From an uncultured Acidobacteriota bacterium (GTDB lineage Bacteria; Actinomycetota; Acidimicrobiia; Spongiisociales; ZC4RG35): DNA of 64,000 nucleotides. The translations under genes were made by a program, and so were the position numbers. Positions 9,481 through 18,944 of the stretch are shown one piece after another. The stretch covers positions 1 to 64,000 of the forward strand of contig CAWHEU010000013.1 of the NCBI GenBank assembly GCA_963828465.1. Direction: 5' to 3'. How positions within the stretch are numbered: the first letter of the stretch is position 1; every line of letters starts with the position of its first letter. A model generated the notes under the pieces. That model did no database searches, had not been told where the DNA came from, and saw only the letters and a list, made by a program, of their open reading frames with translations.

Positions 9481-10794
9481 TCAGTAGTACTCGAGGTATT
9501 CGGCGATCTCCCAGTCGGTCGTGTGCTGTCTGAACCGCTCCCACTCCGCCCGCTTCACGGCGAGGAACCCCTCGACGTAGCCCGGTGAGAAGGCCTCCAC
9601 GAAGTCCTTGTCGCTTTCCAGAGCGTCGAGAGCCGCCCCCAAGTCTGGGGGGACGGTCACGTCGGCGTCGGCGTCGGTGATGCAGTCCTGTGTCTCGGCC
9701 GGTGGGCACTCCAAGCCCTTCGTCACCCCGCGCAGCGCGGATACCAGTGTGGCGGCCGTGGCCAGGTGAAGCCCGGCCGCGCCGTCGGCGAGCCGGTGCT
9801 CCAGCCTCGTGGCGCTGCCCCGAGCGGGCGGCACGCGAAGCGCGACCCCGCGGTGGTCAAAGCCCCAATTGGCAAAGAACCCATTGAGGGAGCCGGGGCG
9901 GAGCCGCTTGTAGGAGTTGACGGTTGGCGCCACCAACGCGGACATCGAGACGTGATCGTGGACGATGCCGGCGATGCAGTGTCGGGCCAGGGCACTCAGA
10001 CCGTCCGGCGCCGACGGGTCGGCGAGGGCATTGTTGCCCTGGTCGTCGAGCAGGGAGAAGTTGACATGGATCCCGCTCCCACCCCGATCCGTGATCGGTT
10101 TGCCCATGAAGGCGAGCAAGTACCCGCGCTTGGCCGCTACCTCTCGGGCCATGACCTTGAACAGGAAGGCGTCGTCGGCTGCTTTCAGCGCTTCTCCGTA
10201 GCGGAGGGTTAGCTCAAACTGGCCGTCGTCGTACTCGGAGTTGACCGACTCCAGCTCGATGCCCATCTCGTGGGCGGTCTGCATGATCTCTTCGATGGTC
10301 CCGCTCGGGTCTACCGAGGTCCCGGTCCCGTACACATACGACCCTGGGGTGTGGATCGGGTTCCAGCCCAGGTCCCCATCGGGCTCGAACAGGAACGCCT
10401 CCAGCTCGAGCCCCACCATCGGGTTGTACCCGGCGGACCTCCATTCGCCGATGACACGCTCCAGGATCGATCGTGGAGCGAGCTCGATCGGCACGCCCTC
10501 TTTGGTGATGGAAGCGACCACGACTCCCGTGTCCTTCTCCCAGCCCGGCCTGATGGCGTCCGTGTCGAAGCGCGCTTCGACGTCGGGGAAGCTCTCGTGA
10601 TGCGCTCCGGGAAAAGGGATCATCTCCCGGTTCAACTGGAGGGAGAACAGGGCCACGCAGTGGTTCGACCCCTCGGCGGCGCGGGCCGCCGAAAGGTATT
10701 TGCCCCGGGCCAGTCCCAGATGGTCGGGCCAGAGGAAGCGGACGCGGGCGTAAGGGAGGTCGGTCACTCGCCTCGACACAGTATCAACCGACAT
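9481..10794 (-). CDS. Glutamine synthetase-like protein (gamma-glutamyl ligase, PuuA/GlnA2-4-like)
   Basis: GLARGK, GLELEAFL, EYDDGQFEL, FMGKP...GSGIHVNFSL, NSYKRL, RLEHRLAD; start ATG 10794 or GTG 10767. Confidence 0.9.
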   Translation of the reverse strand: MSVDTVSRRVTDLPYARVRFLWPDHLGLARGKYLSAARAAEGSNHCVALFSLQLNREMIPFPGAHHESFPDVEARFDTDAIRPGWEKDTGVVVASITKEGVPIELAPRSILERVIGEWRSAGYNPMVGLELEAFLFEPDGDLGWNPIHTPGSYVYGTGTSVDPSGTIEEIMQTAHEMGIELESVNSEYDDGQFELTLRYGEALKAADDAFLFKVMAREVAAKRGYLLAFMGKPITDRGGSGIHVNFSLLDDQGNNALADPSAPDGLSALARHCIAGIVHDHVSMSALVAPTVNSYKRLRPGSLNGFFANWGFDHRGVALRVPPARGSATRLEHRLADGAAGLHLATAATLVSALRGVTKGLECPPAETQDCITDADADVTVPPDLGAALDALESDKDFVEAFSPGYVEGFLAVKRAEWERFRQHTTDWEIAEYLEYY

Positions 10795-10840
10795 CTTGCT
10801 GCAACAGACCTGTTTGTGACTGTCGTTACCCTGCAGACCC

Positions 10841-11558
10841 GTGCGAACACTCGTGGTCGAACACGATCCCCTGTCCATACCGGAGCGGGTGGGGGCCCAT
10901 CTGGAGAAGCGCGGCGCCACCCTCGTTCCCTTCGTCGTGGTGGAGGACATCCGTGACCCGGCGGTGACCGCCACCTTTCCTGACGACCCATACGATCTGG
11001 TGGTGCTGATGGGGTCCCCGTGGTCTGTCTACGAAGATCGGGTCCAGGGATGGCTTGGCCCCGAGCTCGAATTCATCCGCACCCGTCTTGCTACCGGTGT
11101 TCCCATACTCGGAATCTGCTTTGGCGCCCAAGCGATGTCCGCTGCCCTCGGAGGGAAGGTCACCCATGCGACCAGACCGGAGTACGGATGGACGGACGTC
11201 GTCTCGGCTACTGGCCAGATTGCTGAGGGCCCGTGGTTCCAGTTTCATCACGATGAGTTCACGGTGCCCGAGGGTGCCGTCGAGCTGGCCCGGAACGAGT
11301 CCGGTGTCCAGTCCTTTCGCACCGGCCGGGGACTCGCCGTCCAATTTCATCCCGAGATGTCCGGCGAGCTACTGGCCTCGTGGTGCCGGGAGGAGGGCGG
11401 CGCCCAGGAGTTGATCGCGGCGGGCCGCGACCCCGACGGGCTCATCGAGGAGAGCCGCTATCGGGAGGTCGAGTCCCAGCCGGCGCTGGAGCGGATGCTC
11501 GACTGGTTTCTCGACGATGTGGCCGGTGCCGATCAGACCACCTTCGGGCGAGGGATAA
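10841..11558 (+). CDS. Class I glutamine amidotransferase; end reconstructed, reads through to 11746 as deposited
   Basis: GICFGAQ nucleophile, QFHPE; removing one G from GGG 11546-11548 gives TAA at 11556-11558. Confidence 0.85.
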
Positions 11559-11662
11559 GTCAGGTCGGCCATCACATCTTCGAAGGGGAGATCCAACTCG
11601 AGGAGATGGAACGGTGGGTTGGGCTGACGCCGCTTCCTCCGCAGGATCTTGAAGAATCGCAT
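11533..11662 (-). CDS. Putative 42-aa small protein divergent from the HxlR gene (needs the same 1-nt correction)
   Basis: AGGAGG 5 nt before ATG; MRFFKILRRKRRQPNPPFHLLELDLPFEDVMADLTYPSPKVV*. Confidence 0.45.
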
Positions 11663-11680
11663 GCACGCCTCCTGTTCTGT

Positions 11681-11734
11681 GAGTTTCGAATAGCTACTGA
11701 CAACCGTACCGGGCTGAGTAGTGCATTGCAACTC
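11681..11734. promoter_or_regulatory. Two GAGT-N11-ACT(G/C) palindromes, probable HxlR operators
   Basis: GAGTttcgaatagctACTG (11681-11699) and GAGTagtgcattgcaACTC (11716-11734); TAGGGT -10 six nt before hxlR ATG. Confidence 0.55.
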
Positions 11735-11755
11735 GAAACTCGCTAGGGTGGCCCC

Positions 11756-12244
11756 ATGTCCCGCAAGTCGCTTCAACACCTCGAGTGCGCCGTGGCCAAC
11801 ACTGTCGAGATGGTCAACGATTCGTGGACGATCCTCATCCTGCGCGACGCATTCCTCGGGGTGCGCCGGTTCGACGAGTTCGTCAACGACCTCGGCATCG
11901 CACGCAATGTCCTGACCGACCGGCTGGAGCGACTCGTCGGGAACGGGATGTTGGAGACCCGGCTCTATCAGGATCGCCCTCCTCGGCACGAGTATCGGCT
12001 CACCGAACAGGGCAAGGACCTCTTCGATGTGCTGATGACCCTGTGGAGCTATGGGGAGCGATGGAAGCCGCCAGCCGAGATCGAGCGGCAGAAGGTCGTC
12101 CATGTCAGCTGTGGCAACGAGGCGCAGGCGGTCACCCACTGCGCTCATTGTGGGGAAAGGCTCACCCGACGCGATGTCCGCATCGAGCCTCCCCTGCCGG
12201 TCGTCCGGGACCGCGCCGACGAGGTGATGGTCGCTGCGAGATGA
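11756..12244 (+). CDS. HxlR-family winged-helix regulator
   Basis: CAVANTVEMVNDSWTILILRDAFLGVRRFDEF, RHEYRLTEQGKDL. Confidence 0.92.
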   Translation: MSRKSLQHLECAVANTVEMVNDSWTILILRDAFLGVRRFDEFVNDLGIARNVLTDRLERLVGNGMLETRLYQDRPPRHEYRLTEQGKDLFDVLMTLWSYGERWKPPAEIERQKVVHVSCGNEAQAVTHCAHCGERLTRRDVRIEPPLPVVRDRADEVMVAAR

Positions 12245-14472
12245 CCACTTCGATCGACTTCAGGACCTGCCCACTGTGTGAGGCGACCTGTGGTCTCGAG
12301 GTCACCCATCAGGAAGAGAAGATCGTCAGGATCAGGGGCGACCGCGACGACGTGTTCAGCCACGGGTTCATCTGCCCCAAGGGATCGACACTGGGCAAGA
12401 TCGACGAGGACCCTGACCGGGTCCGCACCCCTCTGATCAAGCGAGACGGCATCCATGAGCCGGCGACCTGGGACGAGGCATTCGCCCTGATCGAATCCCG
12501 CTTGTTGCCGATCATCGCCGAGCACGGGAACAGCTCCGTGGGCGTCTACCTGGGGAATCCCAACGTCCACTCGATGTCAGGAACCCTCTACCCGAGGGTC
12601 TTCCTCAAGATGCTCGGGACCAAGAGCATCTTCAGCGCCGCCACGGTCGACCAGATGCCGAAACATGTCTCGTCCGGTCTCATGTTCGGCCACCCCGACC
12701 TGATCCCGGTCCCCGACATCGACCGCACCTCCTACCTGCTCATGCTCGGCGCCAACCCGTATGAGTCGAATGGCAGCCTGGCCACCGCCCCCGACTGGCC
12801 CGGTCGTCTCCAGGCGATCAGGGAGCGCGGCGGCAAGGTGGTCGTGGTGGATCCGCGACGGACCCGGACTGCCGACGCCGCAGACGAACACGTCTTCATT
12901 CGGCCCGGCGCCGATGCTCTGTTCCTGTTCGCCCTGGCCAACGTGCTCTTCGACGAAGGTCTGGTCGATTCGGGCCAACTGGAGGCCCATGTCGCCGGCG
13001 TCGAAGAGTTGGCGGCGGCCGTGGAGCCCTTCACGCCCGAGGAAGTCGCCGATGCGACTGGCGTCGACCCGGGCCGGACCCGACGGCTGGCAGGAGAGCT
13101 CGCCGGCGCCGACTCGGCCGCTGTCTACGGCCGGATCGGCACCCACACCGCCGAGTTCGGGACGATGGCATCCTGGATGGTCGACGTCCTCAATGTCCTC
13201 ACCGGGAACCTGGACCGACCGGGCGGGGCAATGTTCTCCCACGCCGCCCACGAGCAGCCGAGGTCACCCCGTGGGTTCCAGGTGGGGAGATGGCAGAGTC
13301 GGGTCAAGGGGCTCCCCGAGGTGAGGGGAGAGCTCCCGGTGTCGACGATGGCAGACGAGATGCTGGAGCCGGGTCCGGGGCAGATCCGCGCCCTCGTCAC
13401 CATCGCCGGGAACCCCATCCTTTCCACACCCTCCAGCGATCGTCTCGATGCGGCACTAGGCGGCCTCGACTTCATGGTGTCGGTCGACATCTACCTCAAC
13501 GAGACGTCCCGTCACGCCGACGTCATCCTTCCCGGCGCCTCCCCGCTTCGGCGCCCCCATTACGACTTCGCCTTCAATCAACTAGCGGTGCGCAACGTGG
13601 CCAACTACTCGCCCCCGCTGTTCCCGCTGCCCGACGGCACCCCGGACGAATGGCAGGTGCTGCTCCGGCTGGGGGCAACGGTGTCCGGGCAGGGGAGCGA
13701 CGCCGATTTGGACGCATTGGATGACGGCGTTTTCGGGATCACGGTCGGCTCGGCGGTTGGCAATCCCCAATCATCGATCTACGGGCGCGAACCCGAAGAG
13801 ATCTTTACGGCGACAACCGGAGACGGCGAAGATCTTCTCAGGGGCCCGGAGAGGATGCTCGACTTCCTGGTCCGCACCGGCCCCTACGGCGACGGGTATG
13901 GGGCAGATCCCGAGGGGTTGACCCTGGAGCGCCTGAAAGAAGCGCCGCACGGAATCGATCTCGGCCCGCTCAACTCTCGCCTGCCCGGAGACCTGTGCAC
14001 CCCGTCGGGGAAGATCGAGCTGGCGCCCGAGTATCTGTTGAGCGACGTTTCGAGACTCCGCGAGTCGGCCGCCCGTGTGCCCAACGGCGGCTTCCTCCTC
14101 ATCGGGCGGAGGCACATCCGGTCCAACAACTCGTGGATGCACAACATCGATGTGCTGGTCAAGGGCAAGGAGCGGTGCACCCTTCAGATCAGCGATGAGG
14201 ATGCGCAACGGCTTGGTCTGAGCGGCGATGCCCGGGTCAAGGTGTCGTCGGCGGCAGGGACGCTCACCGTCCCGGTCGAGGTCACCGACTCGATCATGCC
14301 CGGCGTTGTCAGCCTGCCCCACGGCTGGGGCCATGACCTCGAGGGCTCGGCTCTCTCGGTGGCCGCCGAAAGACCCGGGGTCAACACCAACCGCCTCTCC
14401 ACCGGCGCCATGGATCCGGTCTCGGGTAACGCCATCCTCAATGGGATCCCGGTCGAGGTGGTCCCGGTCTGA
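12241..14472 (+). CDS. Molybdopterin (bis-MGD) oxidoreductase with N-terminal 4Fe-4S cluster
   Basis: CPLCEATC...ICPKG; VVDPRRTRTA; GNLDRPGG; RSNNSWMHN; PHGWG; no Tat signal seen. Confidence 0.92.
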   Translation: MTTSIDFRTCPLCEATCGLEVTHQEEKIVRIRGDRDDVFSHGFICPKGSTLGKIDEDPDRVRTPLIKRDGIHEPATWDEAFALIESRLLPIIAEHGNSSVGVYLGNPNVHSMSGTLYPRVFLKMLGTKSIFSAATVDQMPKHVSSGLMFGHPDLIPVPDIDRTSYLLMLGANPYESNGSLATAPDWPGRLQAIRERGGKVVVVDPRRTRTADAADEHVFIRPGADALFLFALANVLFDEGLVDSGQLEAHVAGVEELAAAVEPFTPEEVADATGVDPGRTRRLAGELAGADSAAVYGRIGTHTAEFGTMASWMVDVLNVLTGNLDRPGGAMFSHAAHEQPRSPRGFQVGRWQSRVKGLPEVRGELPVSTMADEMLEPGPGQIRALVTIAGNPILSTPSSDRLDAALGGLDFMVSVDIYLNETSRHADVILPGASPLRRPHYDFAFNQLAVRNVANYSPPLFPLPDGTPDEWQVLLRLGATVSGQGSDADLDALDDGVFGITVGSAVGNPQSSIYGREPEEIFTATTGDGEDLLRGPERMLDFLVRTGPYGDGYGADPEGLTLERLKEAPHGIDLGPLNSRLPGDLCTPSGKIELAPEYLLSDVSRLRESAARVPNGGFLLIGRRHIRSNNSWMHNIDVLVKGKERCTLQISDEDAQRLGLSGDARVKVSSAAGTLTVPVEVTDSIMPGVVSLPHGWGHDLEGSALSVAAERPGVNTNRLSTGAMDPVSGNAILNGIPVEVVPV

Positions 14473-14501
14473 GTGGGTTCGGGGCGGGCTAGGTTGCGCC
14501 C

Positions 14502-15017
14502 ATGGAGACATGGGATGCGATCACAGCGCGGCGGGCGACCAAGGAGTACAGCAACAAACTGCTTGCAGAATCGGACCTGGAGCGGATCCTCGAGGCAGGC
14601 CGCCGCGCCCCGTCCGGAAGCAACAACCAGCGATGGGATTTCATCCTGATCCGGGACCGTGACCTATTGGAGAAGGTCTCACACGTCTGGCCGGGCGCCG
14701 CCCACATCGCCAATGCCGCCGCGGCAGTCGGCCTGGTCGCTCCGTTCAGTGATGATCTACGTCTAACTGCCGTGATCAATTACGACCTGGGGCAGGCGGC
14801 GATGTCGATGATGATCGCAGCCGCCGATCTCGGGATCGGGAGCAGGACAGCCTCGGTCCAGGACTACGAGCTTGCTTCCGAAGTCCTCGGAATCCCCGAA
14901 GACCGGCGTCTCACCTGGATGCTCGGGCTCGGTTATCCAGCGGACCGGCCGCTGAAGCCCATCAAGAACCCCGCCCGCCGACCGCTCGACGAGGTGGTCC
15001 ACCACGATCGATGGTGA
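14502..15017 (+). CDS. Nitroreductase family protein
   Basis: AITARRATKEY, RAPSGSNNQRWDF, LGLGYP. Confidence 0.9.
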   Translation: METWDAITARRATKEYSNKLLAESDLERILEAGRRAPSGSNNQRWDFILIRDRDLLEKVSHVWPGAAHIANAAAAVGLVAPFSDDLRLTAVINYDLGQAAMSMMIAAADLGIGSRTASVQDYELASEVLGIPEDRRLTWMLGLGYPADRPLKPIKNPARRPLDEVVHHDRW

Positions 15018-15907
15018 CCAAGATGGGCCTGGATCCGATCAGCCGCTCGATCCCGATAGACGGCCCACTCGATCTCAAAGCGACCCTGCGCCCCCTGCAT
15101 GGATGGTTCGCCGATGACGGCTGGTGGCTGACGGCGCGCACCCCGCTTGGCCCGGGCTCGCTTCGCATGAGACGAACCAAGCAGGAGCTCTTTGGCGATG
15201 CCTGGGGGGACGGCGGGCCATGGCTGCTCGACCGTCTCGACGCGATCGCCGGGCTCGACGATGACCCGACGGAATTCGAAACCGATCATCCTGTGGTCGG
15301 AGAGCTGCATCGACGTCACCCGGGCTGGCGTTTCGGGAGGACTGATCTGGTCTTCGATGCCCTGGTGCGTGCGATCTGCGGCCAGAAGGTGACAGGTGAA
15401 CAGGCGACAGCGGCGCTCCGGGGTCTGCGGCGCCAGTTCGGCGATCCGGCTCCGGGACCGCGGGAGTTGCGTTTGCCACCCGACCCGGAGCCGATGGCAC
15501 GTGCCCCGTACTGGGTCTATCACGGGTTGCACCTGGAGAAGCGACGGGCTGATCTCCTCAGAAGGGTGGCGGCCACGTCGGCCCGCATCGACAAATCGAG
15601 ATACGCGACTCCATCAGAAGCGGCGGCTCAGCTGGTCTCGATCCAGGGGGTAGGCCTGTGGACGGTGTCCAAGACCCTCTCGATTTCCCACGGCGACGCC
15701 GACCAGGTCGACGTCGGCGACTTTCATCTCAAGCACATCGTGGTCTATCACCTGACCGGCCGGCCGCGTGGAACAGACGAGGAGATGCTGGAGCTGCTCG
15801 AGCCATTTCGCCCTCATCGGGGACGGGTGACCCGGCTCCTTCACACCCTGGGCCATGAGCCCAGCTTCGGCCCCCGTGTTGCGGCGAGGGACATCACCCG
15901 GAGTTGA
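15011..15907 (+). CDS. AlkA-family (HhH-GPD) DNA-3-methyladenine glycosylase
   Basis: RAICGQKVT, HhH IQGVGLWT, DVGDFHL, LEPFRPHRGR. Confidence 0.85.
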   Translation: MVTKMGLDPISRSIPIDGPLDLKATLRPLHGWFADDGWWLTARTPLGPGSLRMRRTKQELFGDAWGDGGPWLLDRLDAIAGLDDDPTEFETDHPVVGELHRRHPGWRFGRTDLVFDALVRAICGQKVTGEQATAALRGLRRQFGDPAPGPRELRLPPDPEPMARAPYWVYHGLHLEKRRADLLRRVAATSARIDKSRYATPSEAAAQLVSIQGVGLWTVSKTLSISHGDADQVDVGDFHLKHIVVYHLTGRPRGTDEEMLELLEPFRPHRGRVTRLLHTLGHEPSFGPRVAARDITRS

Positions 15908-16259
15908 GTGAGTGTTCCTCGGGTACCTGCTCGATCGGTTTGAGCAGAACCACGGCGGAGACCGCGACCATGATCAGCAGGACGTAGAAGATGCTCGTCG
16001 GCAGGGCGGAGCAGATGAACATTCCCACCCAGCCGATTGCCCGGATCATCGGCGTCCGGAACGCCGGCGGACCGTCGATGCTCAGCAGGAAGATAGTGCC
16101 GCCGACGGCGCCGGATGCTCCGAGCCCGAGGACGACGAGCAACATCCAGGGCGGCTCATAGGTGTTGGAACCAGTGACTGCTTCGAACAGATTGATCGTG
16201 ACCATCCACGCTCCATAGAGGAGCACGATCAGGCCAGTGAGCCTCGCGAAGAAGCGCAT
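15894..16259 (-). CDS. Hypothetical membrane protein (about 4 TM)
   Basis: Hydrophobic ORF with GGAG RBS. Confidence 0.65.
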   Translation of the reverse strand: MRFFARLTGLIVLLYGAWMVTINLFEAVTGSNTYEPPWMLLVVLGLGASGAVGGTIFLLSIDGPPAFRTPMIRAIGWVGMFICSALPTSIFYVLLIMVAVSAVVLLKPIEQVPEEHSLNSG

Positions 16260-16286
16260 CTCCAGGTCATCCTACGATCCAGGCCG

Positions 16287-16694
16287 ATGATCACCTATCG
16301 CACCGGCAACGACCTCGACCTGGATGACATGATCGAGCTCTACGTCGACTCGACCCTCGGTGAGCGACGCCCGGTGGGCGATGAGGGGCGAATGGCCCGG
16401 ATGCTGGAGGAGGCGGACTTGGTGATCAGTGCCTGGGACGGGAACCTGATGGTGGGGATCTCGCGCTGTGTCACCGACTGGGTCTACTGCACCTATCTCT
16501 CCGACCTCGCCGTGCGAGCCGACTACCAGGGCCAGGGGATCGGCAAGCAACTGGTTCGTCTCACCCGTGAGGCGACCCCCGACGCCACCGTGATCCTCCT
16601 CGCTGCGCCTGCCGCCGTCGATTACTACCCCAGGATCGGGATGACCCGCCACGACAGCGCCTGGGTCCTCTGGCCTGGAGAGCAGCCCGTCTAG
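16287..16694 (+). CDS. GNAT N-acetyltransferase
   Basis: YLSDLAVRADYQGQGIGKQL acetyl-CoA motif; ATG 16287 after TACGAT. Confidence 0.9.
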   Translation: MITYRTGNDLDLDDMIELYVDSTLGERRPVGDEGRMARMLEEADLVISAWDGNLMVGISRCVTDWVYCTYLSDLAVRADYQGQGIGKQLVRLTREATPDATVILLAAPAAVDYYPRIGMTRHDSAWVLWPGEQPV

Positions 16695-17575
16695 TCCCGC
16701 TCCAACCAGGTGACGATCAGGTCCCCGACGACGTCGGGGTCATGCATCTCGTTGTGACGTGCCCCCTCGACCACCTCGACCACCGCCTCGGATCCCGCAC
16801 CGTTGAGGGCCTCGGCGAAGTCGGTGGCGAAGCTGAGATCTATCAAACCGTCCTCTTCGCCGTGCATGATCAGACTGGACAAATCGGGATTGTTCGCCAC
16901 TTGGTTGAGGGGATTCCCTGCCTGCCACAACTCCGGGTCCTCATTGGGCGGGACACCGAAGAAGGGCACGATCAACGGCCCGATCCGGGCAACGTCGTAG
17001 GGGCCGGCGAGCCCGACAAGACGGTCGGGGATCACGGGTTCAGCCAGCGCGCACTCGGTGCCATACACATCGGTGTCTAAAGCGACGAGGGCTGCCAGAT
17101 GGGCTCCGGCCGAGTGTCCCACCACGGTGACGGAGCCGTCGCTGTCGGGATGATCAGCGGCATTGCGGACGGCACAGGCGACATCATCGACCGCCACCGG
17201 GAAGCCGGCGCTGCCGTTGGACAATGTGTATGCAGTGTTGACCGTGAGGTATCCCGCAGCCGCGAGGAACCTTGCCAGGCCGCCCATGAGCGCAGGCGAT
17301 CCTCCCACCCAGCCCCCGCCATGGACCAGAACCACGGCCGGGAACGGGCCTTCGCCCTCGGGAACGCTGATGTCGAGATCCGCATCAGATGGATGTGTTG
17401 TGGCGGGGCCCGCTGACATGGATGTGTCCGAGGGCGAGATGGTCGTGGTGGAATCCACCGGTGCCGTTGCTGTCGTACCCGGGCCTGACTCCGAAGCACA
17501 GGCCGACGCGACCAGCACCACGAGGATGAGCCAGGTCAGCCGAGCAGCGACGCGGCGTCTCGATCCAGGTACCAC
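16691..17575 (-). CDS. Lipoprotein alpha/beta hydrolase (esterase/lipase)
   Basis: Lipobox-like VASAC; HGGGW; GHSAG; start uncertain. Confidence 0.85.
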   Translation of the reverse strand: MVPGSRRRVAARLTWLILVVLVASACASESGPGTTATAPVDSTTTISPSDTSMSAGPATTHPSDADLDISVPEGEGPFPAVVLVHGGGWVGGSPALMGGLARFLAAAGYLTVNTAYTLSNGSAGFPVAVDDVACAVRNAADHPDSDGSVTVVGHSAGAHLAALVALDTDVYGTECALAEPVIPDRLVGLAGPYDVARIGPLIVPFFGVPPNEDPELWQAGNPLNQVANNPDLSSLIMHGEEDGLIDLSFATDFAEALNGAGSEAVVEVVEGARHNEMHDPDVVGDLIVTWLERD

Positions 17576-18213
17576 TCGACCTCGGCCTCCCCGTCACCTA
17601 GCCGTCCGGCCGGCGTCGTCCGTTCGAAACTCGCTCGCACGGCCGACGCCTTCGGTACGCCAACTGCCAGGACCATGAGTAGGCGCGCCTCCCAGAGGAG
17701 ATTGAAAGTCGCCGTGAGCCGATCCTCCTCGAGAGCAGGCACGTGGTTGCCCACGAACCATCGCCTCGGTTCGGTCAGGGCGGCGGTGCCGGGGAAAAGA
17801 GACGCCGTGTGCCCGTCCTCTCCTACCCCGAGCAACACCACGTCGGGCGGCCCGTTGCCATGGATAGATCTGAGTCGCGCCTCGTAATGGGCGGCCGAGT
17901 CGTCGGGCCCAAACGACTCGCTCCATTTCGGCCGGTGGAACACCGCGTCGACATGGTCGAACAGGACGCTCGCTGCCATGCGCCCGTTTGACCGCTCGTG
18001 GTCGGGAGGCACCCATCTCTCGTCGGACAGCCAAGCATCGACCCGGTCCCAGCCCGAGGCGCGGCCCCGCAGCTCTTTGTAAGTGGCCTCGGGTGTGGAG
18101 CCTCCGGCGAGGCCAAGGGAGAAACGATCCGTGGACGCGCCAAGCAGGTCGGCCACCCTCCTGGCTGCAGCCTCGGCCACCTCCTGGGGCGTCTCGTGGA
18201 CCATCGCCTCCAT
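17536..18213 (-). CDS. pgl: 6-phosphogluconolactonase
   Basis: LAGGSTP, DERWVP, SNGRM, LGVGEDGHTASLFPG. Confidence 0.95.
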   Translation of the reverse strand: MEAMVHETPQEVAEAAARRVADLLGASTDRFSLGLAGGSTPEATYKELRGRASGWDRVDAWLSDERWVPPDHERSNGRMAASVLFDHVDAVFHRPKWSESFGPDDSAAHYEARLRSIHGNGPPDVVLLGVGEDGHTASLFPGTAALTEPRRWFVGNHVPALEEDRLTATFNLLWEARLLMVLAVGVPKASAVRASFERTTPAGRLGDGEAEVEWYLDRDAASLLG

Positions 18214-18244
18214 CGGGTCACGGTACCTGCCCTACATTTGCACC

Positions 18245-18907
18245 ATGGCCACCAGCACCACGATCACCTGGCCCGATGGCAAGGTTTCAGGGCGCCTCGC
18301 CGGCTCCGGCTCGACCGGCGTCCTCCTGGCTCACGGGGCCGGCACCAACCAGGACCATCCATTCATGATCTCTCTGCGGGATGGTCTGGCCCTGGCGGGC
18401 CACACGGTGATGACGTTCAACTACCCCTACACCGAGAGGGGCTCGAAGACCCCCGATCGCACCGAGCGGCTGGTCGAGGCCCATCGTGCTGCCGCCGAGC
18501 ACCTCGACGCACGTGTCGATCAACTCTTTCTGGCGGGCAGGTCGATGGGTGGGCGCATGGCGACATATCTGGTCACCGAGGGCTATCTCGCCGACGGGGT
18601 GATCCTCTACGCCTACCCCCTCCATCCTGCCGGCCGGGAGGACCGACTGCGTGTGGCCCATTTCCAGGATGTGCATGTCCCGTTGCTCTTCTTCCAGGGA
18701 ACACGAGACGCCCTGAGTCGCATGGAGCTGTTCGAGCGCCACATCCAAAGCCTGCCCAATGCGAGCGTGGAACTGCTCGAAGGGGCCAGCCACTCGTTCC
18801 GGGGCGGAGGGTGGACCCAGGAGGCGATGCTGGACCGTCTCGTCAGTGGCTCGACGCGGTGGATGGACGCGGTCTCGTCTGGCACAAGCCACGGGACCGG
18901 GCCATAA
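18245..18907 (+). CDS. Alpha/beta hydrolase (KANL3/Tex30-like)
   Basis: LAHGAG, GRSMGGR, YPLHP, FQGTRD. Confidence 0.85.
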   Translation: MATSTTITWPDGKVSGRLAGSGSTGVLLAHGAGTNQDHPFMISLRDGLALAGHTVMTFNYPYTERGSKTPDRTERLVEAHRAAAEHLDARVDQLFLAGRSMGGRMATYLVTEGYLADGVILYAYPLHPAGREDRLRVAHFQDVHVPLLFFQGTRDALSRMELFERHIQSLPNASVELLEGASHSFRGGGWTQEAMLDRLVSGSTRWMDAVSSGTSHGTGP

Positions 18908-18944
18908 TTGGGGACTCACCCACCTCATCGAGGAGCCCTTCGAG

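Noticed and set aside
11559-11746. C-terminal extension of the GATase as a novel domain
   Set aside because: Runs through operator/promoter DNA with atypical codons; removed by a single-base correction
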